The notes: generated by a model not told the origin, from the letters alone. A DNA stretch of 64,000 nt from Callorhinchus milii (GCF_018977255.1 NW_024704742.1:38876001-38940000); one strand, 5' to 3'. Counted from the first letter of the stretch, positions 26,230-39,561 are shown. Program-made: numbers and translations.

Positions 26230-26590
26230 ACTCTCACCTACAAATTCCTAATGCCCTTGCCCCTCCCTATCTCTGTGACCTTCAGCAGCCTCACTCTCTC
26301 ACCACCCCTCTGCCAGGCTACCCCAGGCCTATTGTGCATTCCTCATTGCTTCCACCTACCATTGGTGGCAGAACCATGCTGCCACAGATTAGAACTCCTT
26401 CCGTAAATCTCTCCACCTTGTCCTCTCTATGCATCTTTAAAAGCCCCTGAAAACGTACCTTTCAACAGTGCCTATGTTCATCTCCCTCCTCTCCCCTTCT
26501 TCACTCCTTCCATCCCACTCGGTATCCGGCACCATCTCTCTGAGTTGCTTTGAGATATTACCCTGTGAAAGGTGCTATATAAGTGCAACT
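26230..26590 (+). mobile_element. L2 3' fragment
   Basis: LAPPYLCDL peptide; gtgaaaggtgctatataagtgcaa tail. Confidence 0.8.
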
Positions 26591-28454
26591 TGTCATTATG
26601 TTTGTAGGTGAAGCACTTTGCGACATTACAAAGTGCTACATTGCAAGATTGAGGATGAGGGTTCATTTTGAAAATATTTCCTTGTAATTCACAGAGAATT
26701 AAATTGGAGGTGGCTTCAGGGATGAAAAGGATGATGGAAAATGTAATTGCTGTTTGCAAGACACACTCAGATGTTGCAGAGAATGTCAGGGCTGAAAGAC
26801 ATCAAACGCCTTATTACCAAATGTCAGATCACTAATAACCACTGTAATAACCATAAGTGAAGAAAGGATGAGGATGTTACCTTACTCCCTATCCTGACTT
26901 ATTCGTTGTGTAACAGAGGAATAAACAGAGAACAATGCTTAATTATTGGATCAAAATGAAAACAATGGTTCTATACTCAGATTATTTTGAAGCCATTTAA
27001 AATGATGCCAGGATATTATAGAGAACAGTCACAAGGACAAAATATTTATCACGAAGCTTGTTTGGGGCCATGACGTTGGACTCATTTAATAAACAGTTTG
27101 ATGCTGTAATAGGAGAACAGGAGAGTGGGTGTTCTGGAAGGATATAATCAAATGGATGTGAGGGGTCTTCTTCATCCAAACCTCTCGTGATCTTGTGATT
27201 GTACCTGATGAGTGTTATCTAATGGGCTGGACATTGCTGTTTACTATGAACAGTCCTCATTGTAATGTACCCTGTGACGTGGTTTGTTTGATGGTCCTAT
27301 AATGTCTTAAAAGTAACTTTCATTGTTTTGAAGAATGGTAACAGCCACCCATCAATATTCTTTGACAGTAGATTGCCCCAAACCTTTAGTGTGAAGCTTC
27401 TGACCCTTCATATGGCAGAGTATGATAATCATAAACTACTTTGATCAAGACAGAGTGCTAAAGAGAGGGGGAAAAAAAACAACCATGTGTGTCCTATTCT
27501 AGAGGATTCTAATGTTCAACTGCGGCACACAAATGTACTTTACTGCGTTACTAAAACAGGCATTTGTATCTAACAAACCATGAACCATCCCACACTCTGG
27601 AACTCCCTCCGTAAATCTCTGTAAAGCGATTCCAGAATAAAGTTTCCAATTATTTAGTGTTGTGCAATTTCTAAACAGCTACCTTCAGAGCAGATTAACA
27701 ACCAATATTCTGCATTCCATTTGCCACCAATCTGCTCTGTTAACCTTTGGTCTTTCATTACCCGCAACCAGGTCCTTGCTCAGAGCCAGGCATTACATAC
27801 ATCTGAACTTTGACACAGGTATCACACAGTTTGTAAGCAATATAAACATACCAGAAGGCCTGTTCTCTGGGTGTGCATTGCCACTCTGAAGGAATGCTGC
27901 ACCACATGGTTTTAATGATATTTAGTCTCTGCAAGTGAAGCACGTACTGACTTGGAGTGGAGCTGCTGTATTCTTACTATTATTTTGGATTTGTCTGGTA
28001 TTTGGTATATTTTGAATAAATGTTCTTGTAACACACATGAAGGCTGGAATATTGTTTCCCATTCACAACTCTGCTAAATCAGATTGGTAACAACATGCAG
28101 TATGAGAAGGCCCTGCATGTGAGCCGAAAACACAGATACATTGAATCGTGTATTTTATATTTGGGCTTGCAAGGACACTCTGAAGGAATTATGGATATCA
28201 GTGTTACAGACTTCCCTATTTCCCTCCACCATTAATAATGGTGATGGAAACCTGCAACACCATCATTTTGACGGCATTATTGGTTTAAAAGAATTCTAAC
28301 CAATGCTTGTTACAATTGAAACATTCATTGCGAAGCACAGAACCTGTTTTTCTTGTGTAGAAATAAAATGAACAGTCAGCGCATTAGTGGCAGAAAACAC
28401 TTGTTGAAAAGGCAGTTGTTTGTAACCGTCAATGTAAAAGGTGTCTCACTTCAC

Positions 28455-28574
28455 CTTTCGAGTTCTGCACGAATGTGCATATCTGTCGAAATGGAAAGCA
28501 CTTGGTCATTAAGGAGTGTTAAAAATACGGTGAGGATCAGCCAAGATGAAAGCTGTTTATCACTCATCTTCAAC
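28455..28574 (-). CDS. Candidate 120-nt exon encoding a signal-peptide-like N-terminus (MSDKQLSSWLILTVFLTLLNDQVLSISTDMHIRAELE)
   Basis: Strong acceptor tctttcctctctctctccacctcag|, 7 nt, then ATG (28567) with A at -3, hydrophobic core, AAG|GTGAAG donor (phase 2). Confidence 0.4.
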
Positions 28575-31359
28575 CTGAGGTGGAGAGAGAGAGGAAAGAT
28601 AGATACAGCACCCCTTTCTCCCATCAAAGACGAGAGAGGCACCAATTTGCCCTTGGGGGAGTTGTAGTTTTGTTTGAGCTCAGCTTTGTTTAACAAGCAG
28701 GTCTGAAAAAGAGGAAGCTGACAAAGAGGTAACACAATCACGGCTTTGCTCAGAGATGCCCTGACTGAACTGGAGAAACTGATTCCTGGGATGGAGAGGC
28801 CAGGGAGGAAAGCCACCTATTAAATGTCTAATACGTTTAACTGTTTGCTTTCTTTAATTATCACAGAACTGTCAGCTGCCAGTCGGGGTACCTTTTACTC
28901 CAGCACGTCTTATTAAGAGCTGGAGTATCCTCTTTCCTTAACAAGCGTATCTCATAGCACATGTTGTTTCGGGAAATTTAAAGGATCCAATCAAGTTTTT
29001 GTAAGACCTTCGAAGAATGCCGTAGGATGGTGTGTGTAGATAAAAAGATGCACCCTGTTGGGATTTTCATTTCTAACGAAAGTGTAAAAAATTATAATGA
29101 CAATTTCAGATGGCGGGGTCTAACTTGGTATTTCTTAATGGTATATTCCTAAAAAGAAACCCTGTTAGAATTCTTGTTGATCTCCGCTTTGGCAATAGAT
29201 TGTGCCGAAGCATAGACTGGGTTCAGGTACTGTTGTTTATCGGAAGGATTCCTCATTTGCATGACCTGGATTCCTTATGAAGAAAAACCTTTGAGAAATA
29301 CAATGCCACATATCAGATGCCGTTGTTCAAGAACTGTCAGCAATACAAGTTCAAAAGGAACCAATAACCAAACAAAGACCTAGATACAGGTCTATTGAAT
29401 TTGATTAATAAACATTAAATGGTCTTACATGAATCTTATTTTGGGAGGGGTGTGGTAAATGATTTTTATTGTTGATGCTGTTTTATCCCTACTCTCGTCT
29501 TGAAGAAAGAAGGTGGGGACAATAGACTCTCGGAGACAAATTTTATGATGCAGTCCAGCTTGGTTGCAATAGTAAGAGGTTTCAGAGAAAGAGATGCTCC
29601 AAATATGGTAAAAATCATACCAACTACACTCATACTACAGTGCAATATAAATCATAGAATCATTGATTTGCTTAGCACAGTAGACAGCTATTTATGCCAT
29701 TGTGCCTGTGCTTGTTCGATGGGCTGAATTTAGTAGCTGGACAAAAAAAAGTTAAGAATGCTAGTTATGCTCAAGTGTAAAGAGTACGCTATACCTGCCA
29801 ACACTTCAGCAGTAACATCTGTACCAGTAGATCATCAACATCTGTAACTATTCTTACAGCACAGCTTTGTCAGGAAAGTTGCGGAGTTTTAATACATTCT
29901 TAAAGCTTGCGGCTCACACCAAATTCCATACAAGGAATGAACTGGCAGCCCAGTTTGTTGAAATTGGCAAGCTTTCCTGGTGACGTCCTGGACCATATAG
30001 CTAACATGCTAGTGGCACTGTGCTTTGATGAAGCTTGGGAGCCAAACCACTCATCAAACTGCTTACTTTCAAAAACTTCCTTATTCTGAAAAAAATCTGT
30101 TTAACCTTATGAGGAATTTGGTTCTGTTCTGCTCTATTTCCATGGTCAATAATGACAAGATTCATTTACCATCCAATTAGAAAGTCATTTAACATTATAT
30201 GCCACCATGTATGTAAAGTCAGCAGGACTTGAGGGGCAGACTAGTCACTAGAAGCAGAGATTCTTCCTAACTGACTCCTGTTAACCACCAAGACATCCTG
30301 ACAAGCAGCAGAAAGTTAACCAAACAGTGCTGCAAGTGACTGGTTAAACTACGGCAACGACTCGACACACACTTTGGCTCTCACATTGGCATTGGCTCTT
30401 GCCAATCTGTGCTTAATACTCTCTGTAATTAAGTAAATAGGGAGAGAAAGGATATTTTCCATTCCAAACAGAGGAAAAATTTCATGCTTAGGTGGCAAAC
30501 ATTCGGTCTGGTTTGGATAGAGAGATACTCTTAATAAGCATGGCGAGGCAGTCCTGAATGTGTCAGATACCTGGCTAACAATAAAAAAAAAAGGCCAAAT
30601 AGCCTTCCGTGCTCAGAGATTCTATTATTCCATGATTTATTCTACCCTGTAGTCAACCTTCCCTTGTCAACCTTAGCTTCTCAATTGTTTTTGGTCTGAG
30701 TCAAAAATGCTCAGTTCTAATTGATTGGAATGCTCTTATTGATTTTTCTCAAACTCCCAAAACAGATGTAAAGCTGTACATCAATCCAGTTGTTCCCAGT
30801 GCGCAGAAAGCTTTTAGTGAAGTCCTCCAAGAGCATCTCAGTTATGAATTTGAAGATAATGATGATACCTGTAAGTCTAACAGTGTCCGTCATGGAGACA
30901 GTAGCTGGAGGTTGAATCAATGCAGGACAAGGAAGACCTTTTTCTTTATAGCAACACAGAGTTATTAAAATACTATGAGTATAAATTAAATATAACTTCA
31001 GTGGCCGTCAGTAATTTTATTAAGTGTAGCAATGTATGCCTGTATAGAGGAAATGCCATTCCAGTCTCCCTCAGTTCAGCTAAATGTGCTCAATCAGTCT
31101 GTTGTCACCAAGTTCCAGACCAGTAGACTCCCAGAAAGGCAGACTGGTTTTCTTCACACGGTAAACTGAATTATCCAAAACATTTGTAAGGATTTTGTTT
31201 TGAGAGGCTATAAGTCTTGGTTGATAAAAAAGTGAATCGCAATATATTTAAATCTCAGAGAAAGGGTTGGTTCCTCAGCCATCAGTAAATTTCCCAACTT
31301 GTGTAGAATCAGACTGTCACAGTTGATAAATCTACTGATTGTTGGAGAATTATTCTTAT

Positions 31360-31665
31360 TCCATTGCATTTGCAAGGTCCTCATCCTCATCTATAAATAT
31401 CTTCACACCTTAGCACCCTCCCCCTCTCTCTCCAATCTCCTTCTATTGTCGGAGGCCAAGCTTTCTGATTCCATGTCCCTATGCTTTCCAACTCCTTCCC
31501 TCAATCTTTTTGTCTCTCCCTTCTCTACCTCTCTTCAGGACCCAGCTTAAAACATACCACTTTGCCCGTATCTATGGCTTTCTGCCCTTGCTTGGTGTCC
31601 GTCCAGCCATTGTAAAGCACTCAGAGACGTTACTCTACATGAAAGCTGCAAGTTGTTGTTGCTTA
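31360..31665 (+). mobile_element. L2 3' fragment
   Basis: ICKVLILIYKYLHTLAP peptide; tail gcaagttgttgttg. Confidence 0.75.
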
Positions 31666-33416
31666 TTTCCTCCCTTTCCTTAGATTATTTTACAACGTAC
31701 ATGTACTTGACCCTACTTCTAAGAACCATACCTAATCCATAGAGATGGGTAATGAGGGCTTTCCCAGACCCCTGCCAGTGCTCCTGTTCAGTGTAGTAAC
31801 AAGTTACTATGAGTTACATGAGTAACGCCAGTTGACTTTTGTGGCTTTTATTTCCTCCCAGTGGGTAAATTCCTCCCCCTACAGCTTGGCTAGGACTGCA
31901 AGTCCACTGTGTGAGTTAATCACAGAATCAAGCTCATGCACTGCTCGCACCCTCAAGATCAATGCTTTGACACACCAACAGTTGGTCATGTCACCTTGGA
32001 GCCAGCTCAGTTCCAGCAAATCTGGGTCATACAAGTGGAGACTCTCACTGGTACCTAAAAGAATGTATATTGCAATATCACAGATCAGCACAGATTGCAG
32101 GATATTCCAACCACTTTCACTGATTTTAACTGCTTTGCCTCCATTTAGAGCCATCTAAGTAGATGATGCAATATTGGAGTGGCGCTGTATCAACTAGAAC
32201 AGCTGGAGCTGACAAAGTACCATGTCTTTAGACTATTTAAGACCAAATGCATGTCTTAAGATCACAGCATCCACTACCTACCTCTTGACAGTACATAGAT
32301 CTTAGTATATGCGTCTGGGTAAAGTAGTCCTTGGAACTTTGAAACTCAGACTATCGCTATGCATACATGGGCAAGTGTGAGTGAGGTTATAGATGCAAGC
32401 CAGTACTCTAATTTTAGAAAACGCCAAAGCATGTTGAAAAGGGCATGTGTAACCAACATAATTGAGACAGCGTTGTTTAATACGTTACAGTCCCTCTGGA
32501 ACCCTTATTATGACAAGAGCATTTTTCATACACCGATAAAACAGCATGACTGAAAGAATTCATTTAAAGGCTTCTTCTTGCATCTAAAGTAGAATTATTC
32601 ACTCAAATTATTGTAGCATTTCAGTTTTTGAAAACTTGTATTTGAATGCTATGAGCCAGCCAGTGTCTTATTTCACAGATCATTTTAGTTTGCCTGAGAG
32701 TATTATTGAGCTCTTTGTGTTGTTGTTGTTCTTTGCGATAAAATGATAACTTGGCTTTAGATTATTGAAACTTTTCCAGTGCTAGTAGTTTGTTTAAGTG
32801 TTAACTAGTCAAAAGCCTGCAAATTGACCAAGGTGTATGCAAGAGACCTGTGAACTCTAGATCCCGATGGAAATCAGAGGAATTCACTGTGGTGCAGATA
32901 CCTTCAAAACCAGTCCCACTGACAAGTGGACAGTGATACCATCAGTTTTTTCAGGCAGGATTGCCCCAGGGCCAGCAAAAAAGATGGTGTCCTTCAAACT
33001 AATGTCATTGTTGAATTGACCCTGCGCTCCCCATTGCCATCTTCAGCATTTCCATTCAGAAATTGCAATTTCTGTGTTGTTCCAATGCGCTGTATTGGAT
33101 TGCACCAATGTTTGACTGTTTTACTGATGGTGTTGTCATTTGTGGATGCTTTGATAGTTTGATGGACTTACCCACCCCCTTACCCACCGCACAATATTAC
33201 TTAGAGCTGGCAGTAGCCAGAGCTCATGTGAGAGCTGCAGACAGGTTCCTTTGAACTCTCATTTCAGAATTAAAACAAAGGACTCCATTCCTGCCTGAAA
33301 TAAAGGGAATTCCAGTTCACTGGAAGCCAATGTTGAACAGCCATGTGCTAGCTGACCAGCAATAAATCTAGGTACATTAAATTACACTACAAATGCATGG
33401 AATATGAAACAATATT

Positions 33417-33699
33417 AGCCCTGAAGTTTCACCTGGCCTTAGATTCTTAAACAATACCGTTTTGTTTACAAATTTAAGATCATGTAGAATTGTGGAAAAT
33501 GAAATGCAAGGATAAATGCATTTATATCAAATGCAAGGATTATTATAAATTCTTAAATTAAATTTTTATTTGCAATTTAGTAGTCCACTTCTTAAAAAGA
33601 AATTCAGTTGGAACTTAACAATATTCCACAATTCTCCACGATTTAAAACTTTAAGACAAAATTGTCTAACAGGCTAAGATGAGGTGGAACTTTGAGCCC
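33417..33699. mobile_element. Palindromic MITE-like element (TTAAGA-rich family)
   Basis: Left arm gccctgaagtttcacc...gtagaattgtggaa pairs imperfectly with right arm ttccacaattctcc...ggtggaactttgagccc. Confidence 0.65.
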
Positions 33700-33857
33700 A
33701 TAACTTTTAGCAATACATATTATTGAACTGTACTGGACGTACTGGACAGGGAAAGACCAGTGCAATTCATCTGGTCAGTACCACAATACAGCAAATTAAA
33801 TTCATGCACAACTCCATTTCTCATACTTCTCAATAGATTTCTTCACAAGATTGCTTA

Positions 33858-34283
33858 AGTGTGAGCTGGTAGTACTCTCATCTTAAATCAAAAGGTCATG
33901 GGTTCACATCAGGACTTTGAGCTCATAATTTATGTTGACACTCCAATGCAGTACTGAGGAACATTGCATTGTCAGAAATGTGGTCCTTCAGATGAAATGG
34001 ATGAGATGTTAAACCAAGGTCATGTCTGTTAGCGCTGCTGGACATTAAAGCTCCCATGGCACTATTTGAAAAGTCAAGAGAGTTCCTCCTCGTGCCCTGG
34101 CCAACAATTTCACAGATATAATTGGTTATTCCCTTCAAGGCTCTTTGTGAAACATTGCTATGTCAAACTGGCTGCTGCATTTGCCTATGAATACATAATC
34201 ACTGCACTTTACAGAAAAATGCTGTTAAATGCTTTGAAATGTGATAAGGCGCAATATCACATGCATTGATTATTATTATTATC
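33858..34283 (+). mobile_element. DeuSINE/SacSINE1-like SINE, near full length
   Basis: tRNA head (gggttcacatc), gatgagatgttaaacc...cccatggcactatttgaa core, gtgataaggcgc tail and (att)n. Confidence 0.85.
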
Positions 34284-35069
34284 CTCCCTGAGTAATCCAT
34301 TTCACAAATTCACCACTCGGTGTATAAAACAATTGAATCCAAACTGTGTGGAGATTGCAAAAATCATAATTTTCCTGTTAAACAGTTCAATTTATTGGAT
34401 GTCAAAATTGCTCTGGAGTATAAGAAAGGAACGGCAATAAAAAAATAAGTTATTTCATGCTGGTAGTCTGACGCCCTGCCAGCTTTGGATGCAACATTAA
34501 CTACAGAGGCACTTCAGAATCTAAGCAATTTTCTCTTTGGTGCCAAAGTCAGCTCTTCTGGTCAGCCTTTCCTGTCATTCCAGTAACTCTGAATTTAATT
34601 GATGCTCTGGTGCTGCTAATCACTGCTGATTCATGATACTGATCACTGTATCTCACTCGCTGCTGCTTTAACTCCTGAGAAAGAGAAGTGGTGTCATGGA
34701 GACCAACACAATCAATGCAAGCAATGGATCTAAAGAGGAGATCAGTTTCAAATTCACCTTTATTTTGCCAACTTTGGGGCCAGTTCAACCATTCTCCCAA
34801 TGAATCTCAGGAACTTCCGTTGGAGAAAAAAATTGATTCCATATTTGTAATTTACTGACTATTGTCTGTTGCCCAGATCTGTGTTACAGTGTGCAATAAT
34901 GTCTGTGTAATATTTCTCTACAAAGGACTTACTGTGTACACTGTTGTTACACTGTAATAACATTATAACCAATGAAAAGATTGCCACTGTTAGCAATCAA
35001 CACATGATCAACCCCATTTCGACCCTTCTACTTTGTTCTCTGAAATTGATGAAGGGGTCTATCATTTGA

Positions 35070-35340
35070 TTTATTTTCATGTCAGGAGGATGTCTCAAAG
35101 CACTTCACATGATTTACTGTCAAGTGTATTGACTGTGTGTTTTGTAGGCAAAAATGCAAACCAATTTGTGTGCTGCGATGACCAACAAACAGCCTTGAAA
35201 TGAGTGACCAATTTTATTTGGAGGATTGTAGGGCAGGATATTGGTAGAAACTCCATTTTCTTTTTGAATAGTCACATGGGATCTTTAAAATCCATGTAAA
35301 CAGACGGGACTTTGGTTTATCATCTCATCCAAGGCACGTG
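35070..35340 (-). mobile_element. DeuSINE-like SINE 3' two-thirds
   Basis: Reverse complement of the core and tail seen at 33.9-34.3 kb. Confidence 0.75.
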
Positions 35341-35375
35341 ATATCTGTTCGTATCTGTTTAAAAAAAATGTAAAT

Positions 35376-37390
35376 AGGAACATAGGAACATAGGTACAGT
35401 AGTAGGCTATTCAGCCTTTCGAGCCTGTTCATCCATTTGATTAGATCATGGCTGATCTGTACCTCAACTAATTCTTTCAATTCCAATTTCCGGCTTTCTC
35501 CCCAAATCCCTCAATTCCCTGATCTATCAAAAATCTATCAACTTCACTCTTGAAGGTGTGGATGGATCCAGCATCCACAGCCTTTTTGGGGAGAGGATTA
35601 CAGATTTCTACCACCTTTTGAGTGAAAAAATGTAACTTTGTAACTTTGTAACTTCCTACTTCCATCTACACAACTTACTGAGCCTCCTAGCTTAGTGTCA
35701 TCTGCAAACTTGGATATAAAACATTCTGCCCCTGATGATGGATTCCAGTATTTTCCTTATAACTGATGTTAAACTGACAGGTCCGTAGTTTCCTGGTTTC
35801 TCCCTCACTCCCATTTTCTATAAAGGGGTGACATTCGCAATTTTCCAATCTTAGGGCACAATTCCCGAATCTAGTGAGCTTTGGAAAATTATGATGAATG
35901 CATCTGCAATTTCCTCTCCTATTTCCTTTAACACCCTGGGATGCAAACTATCAGGTCCTGGACTATTATCTATCTTGAGTCTCATTATTTTCTCCATTAC
36001 CATTTTCAAATTTATCTTAATTTTATTAAGCATTTCTCTTTGACTTATTTTTAGATTCCCTGGTATTTTTTCCTCATCTTCTACTGTAAAGGATTTAGCA
36101 AAGTATTTATTTAACAAGTCAGCTATTTCCTTATTTTCCGTTATAGTCTTTAACGGACCAACATTCCCCTTGACCATTCTCTTTTAATATATTTATAAAA
36201 GCTTTTACTATTGGTTTTAATATCCCTTGCCAGTTTTTTTTCATACTTCCTTTTTGCTCCTTTTATTACTTTCTTTGTATCCCTTTGTTGCCTTTTGTAG
36301 TTCTCCCAGTTCTCTGCATTCCCACTTTTTCTTGCATTTGAGTGAGCTTTTTCTTTTAGCTTGATAGAGTCTCTAACCTCTTTTGTCCACCATGGTTGCT
36401 TAACTAAATGATTGGAGCTTTTGCATTTTAGGGATATGTACTTGTTCTGTATTGTATCAAATACTTTTTTGAATACTTTCCATTGTTCATCTGCAGGTTT
36501 ACCCACTAACAGTTCAGCCCAGTTTACTGTGGTCAACATATTTCTCATCCCATCGAAGTATGCCTTACTTAAATTTAAAACCTTGGTTTGGAACTCTCCC
36601 TTCTCCCTCTCAAATCCAATGTTAAATTTATTTGGGTAACTGTCCCCAATGTGCCTATATGCCTTGGCGATGTTTTTCTCATACTTTTTGACTTGTTACA
36701 TCTTTTGTGATAACTTCCTATTACCTTTTTCTTTCCTGTAGTATTTATGTTATATTTATCACTATTTGTATTCTGACCGTTGCTCTCATCTTCTCCTTGA
36801 CTTATGTTTTGGTTTCCACTCAACCCTCCTCCCTCCTTATTGGTTTGAAGCTTTTTCTACAGTCCTATTTATCCTTTTGGCTAGTACCTTGGTCCCAGCC
36901 CTGTTCAGGTGCAGCCCATTCCAGCAGTACAGCTCATTCCTGTCCCACTGGTGCCAGTGAAATGGAACCCCTCCTTCTCATACCACTCTTTCAGCCACAC
37001 ATTCATTTCCTTCATCTGTTTATCTCTATGCCAATTTGCAAGTGGCTCGGGTAGTAATCCGAAGATTACCACCTTTGAGGTCCTGTTTTATAATTTAACT
37101 CTTGATACTCCCCTAGCAAGACCTCCTTATTGCACTTTCCTATGTCATTGGTTCCCACATGGATAACGACAACTGTTTCTTTCCCCTCCCTTTCCAACTT
37201 CCTTTACAGCTGCTTTGAAATATCCCTTACCCTGGCACCGGGAAGACAACACACCCACCTGGACTTGATCTTGACTGCAGAGGATACCCTCGATCCCCTT
37301 GATTATTTCATCCCCTAAACTCCTTCCTGACAGACTTCTCCATCATTCAATGTAGCAAGTACATTCATTGTACCTGTTGGACGGGACCAA
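35376..37390 (-). mobile_element. CR1 LINE with ORF1 (esterase-like) and ORF2 remnants, heavily internally deleted
   Basis: Peptides KQPWWTKEVRDSIKLK, SPGPDSLHPRVLKE, FFTQKVVEI; ORF1 remnant GLHLNRAGTKVLA; 8-bp (aggaacat)n tail. Confidence 0.95.
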
Positions 37391-37416
37391 TGCCTCCTTC
37401 TTTGCCACTGCTAAGT

Positions 37417-37983
37417 AAATGGTACGCACATGCTTATTCAGAGAGACATAAGCATATTGCACAAGAACGTCTGCACAAAATATCAGACGGTTGGGTTTCA
37501 ATATGCAATTGAAACCCAACTGCCTGACAGAAACCTAACCTTCAAATAGAGTACAAGTAGAATTGGCAAAAGCTGTTCCAAGGCCACCCACCCAGTTGAT
37601 ACCACCTTATCTTTGCAGCTTCCTTTTCCCTGGAAATTATTCAATGTTTATTACAACTGCACTGGTACAGAAAGGCTGATTGGAGTAAAGCACCTTGTGT
37701 ACATTTTTATTCAGTTTTCAATCTCATTATGAGTTTCTGCCAACAGAATCTCTCCCCTGCAAATTTCATCCTACAAGAGATAAGACTGCTATATCTTTAA
37801 GAAACCTTGCAGTATTTGTTACTTGAAATATCTTGGGTACATCATGTAAGTTGACAATCTTTTTTAGCTATTCTTCACTCAATGCTGAGATTGCATATTG
37901 AAACCCAACCGTCTGATTTTTTTGTGCAGACTTTCTTGTGCAATACGCTTATGTCTCTCTGAATAAGCATGTGTGTATCATTT
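37417..37983. repeat. ~93-bp near-perfect inverted repeat around a ~380-bp spacer
   Basis: 37417-37509 vs reverse complement of 37890-37983, about 6 differences by eye. Confidence 0.92.
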
Positions 37984-39009
37984 TTGAATGGTAATGTTTA
38001 GAACCCAAGCTTTTTAAGTACAATATTGAGCTCTGTGAGTGAAAACAGTAGTGACAGTCAATGTTTAAAGTAGACATAGAATGGAAATCTTCTATTCTAG
38101 ATTTCCTTTAAAGAAAGCTTTTGTTCATAGTAATGAAAAGTAAATTGTCTTTGTCCTAATTGCTAGGAAGGAAGGAATGTTAAGTTTCACTTCAGCACTT
38201 TACAACTCTTTACAGTTCATCGATTCACTGCTAATGATGGTATGTAATGCTGATGGCCAGTCACAAGAGACTAGTGAGACAAGCCTCTCCCACTCAGTTT
38301 CTGTTGACTGCAACCAGAGTAGCCTTAAAAAAAGTTGTGATTCCTAATAGAATTAGACATCACAGATAATTGGACGTCCAATTGTGTGCAAGTACGATTT
38401 TGCACATACATGCTCAGGCTTACGAGAGTTGTGATTTACTGCACAGCTCAATCACATTCCACTTTGTGTGTGTGCACAAGTTTGTGTATGCACACAACTG
38501 GAGTTTCTTTATTGGTAGCAAAAGGTTAAATCTGTAAAAATGTAAATTTTCACATACTTTCACTAGTTTAAAATGAATGAAATACAAGCGTTAAATGTTG
38601 ATCAGCACCTTGGGATGTCCTCCCGACGTGAAAGGCACTATACAAATGTAATCTTGTTGTTGTTGTTGTTGATCATCATCTTTCTCACCATCTCTCTGAG
38701 AAATGCAAAACACAGAGAAAAAGTGATATTAATTATCTACGAAAGGAATGGTTTATAAAGTAAAAATGAGACTACCAACAAATCAAATCCAGAAAGATAA
38801 AAGAGGACTGAAATTTTCATAAATAACTTTTATCAAGATACTTTTATTTCCAAATGGCACATTTAACTTTTGTGGTCAAGCATAGCAAGAAGAAATCCCG
38901 ATCAATCAGTGATGTACAAGAACTATGATTCATCCTGTGATGTTATGATGCGGATATTGGGAGCAGCAGTCATATTGTACTTCAAGATTATGCTAGGAGG
39001 TCTTGGTGT

Positions 39010-39560
39010 CAGTAGATAGGACTCTTTAAGGTTTGAGTCAGGAGGTTATGCTTTGAAGTCTACAATGGGAGTTGAGCTCATAGTGTATAATCTGATATAA
39101 TAGTGTATAAAGCTGATAATCGGTCTAGCAGTGGGGTAGTTCTGCTTTGATGGAGTTGCTGTTTTTTGAGATACTGTCTTTTTCTACAAAAACACAGTCA
39201 CTACACTTAACAGTAAGTATCACCGTGAGCTATATTCAATGCAAGATTAATATTATTATACATTAAATACAGGAATTAATATTATTATTATTATTGTAAT
39301 GTTTAGCCCAGGTCACATTTCAAATTCCCCCTGGACACTATTCAAAAAGAGAGGGAGATTGTCTCAGTTTATTTTCCTGTGGCCTGGCCAGCAATCCTCC
39401 AAAATAAATGGTTAAATCAATTCAGAAATGTTTGTGAGATCTTTGGTGTGTGCAAAACGGCTACTGCATTTATGTACAGAAAACAATCACCTATACTCGA
39501 CAATACATACTTTGAGGTGTTTTGACATGATCCGTTGCTTCCAAAATGCAAGTTCTTCTT
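39010..39560 (+). mobile_element. Fragmented DeuSINE-like SINE(s)
   Basis: Head, core and two tail remnants matching other copies. Confidence 0.6.
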
Positions 39561-39561
39561 T

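Noticed and set aside
28319..28340. miR-181b-like AACATTCATTGC
   Set aside because: Only the first 12 nt match and no complementary arm is evident.
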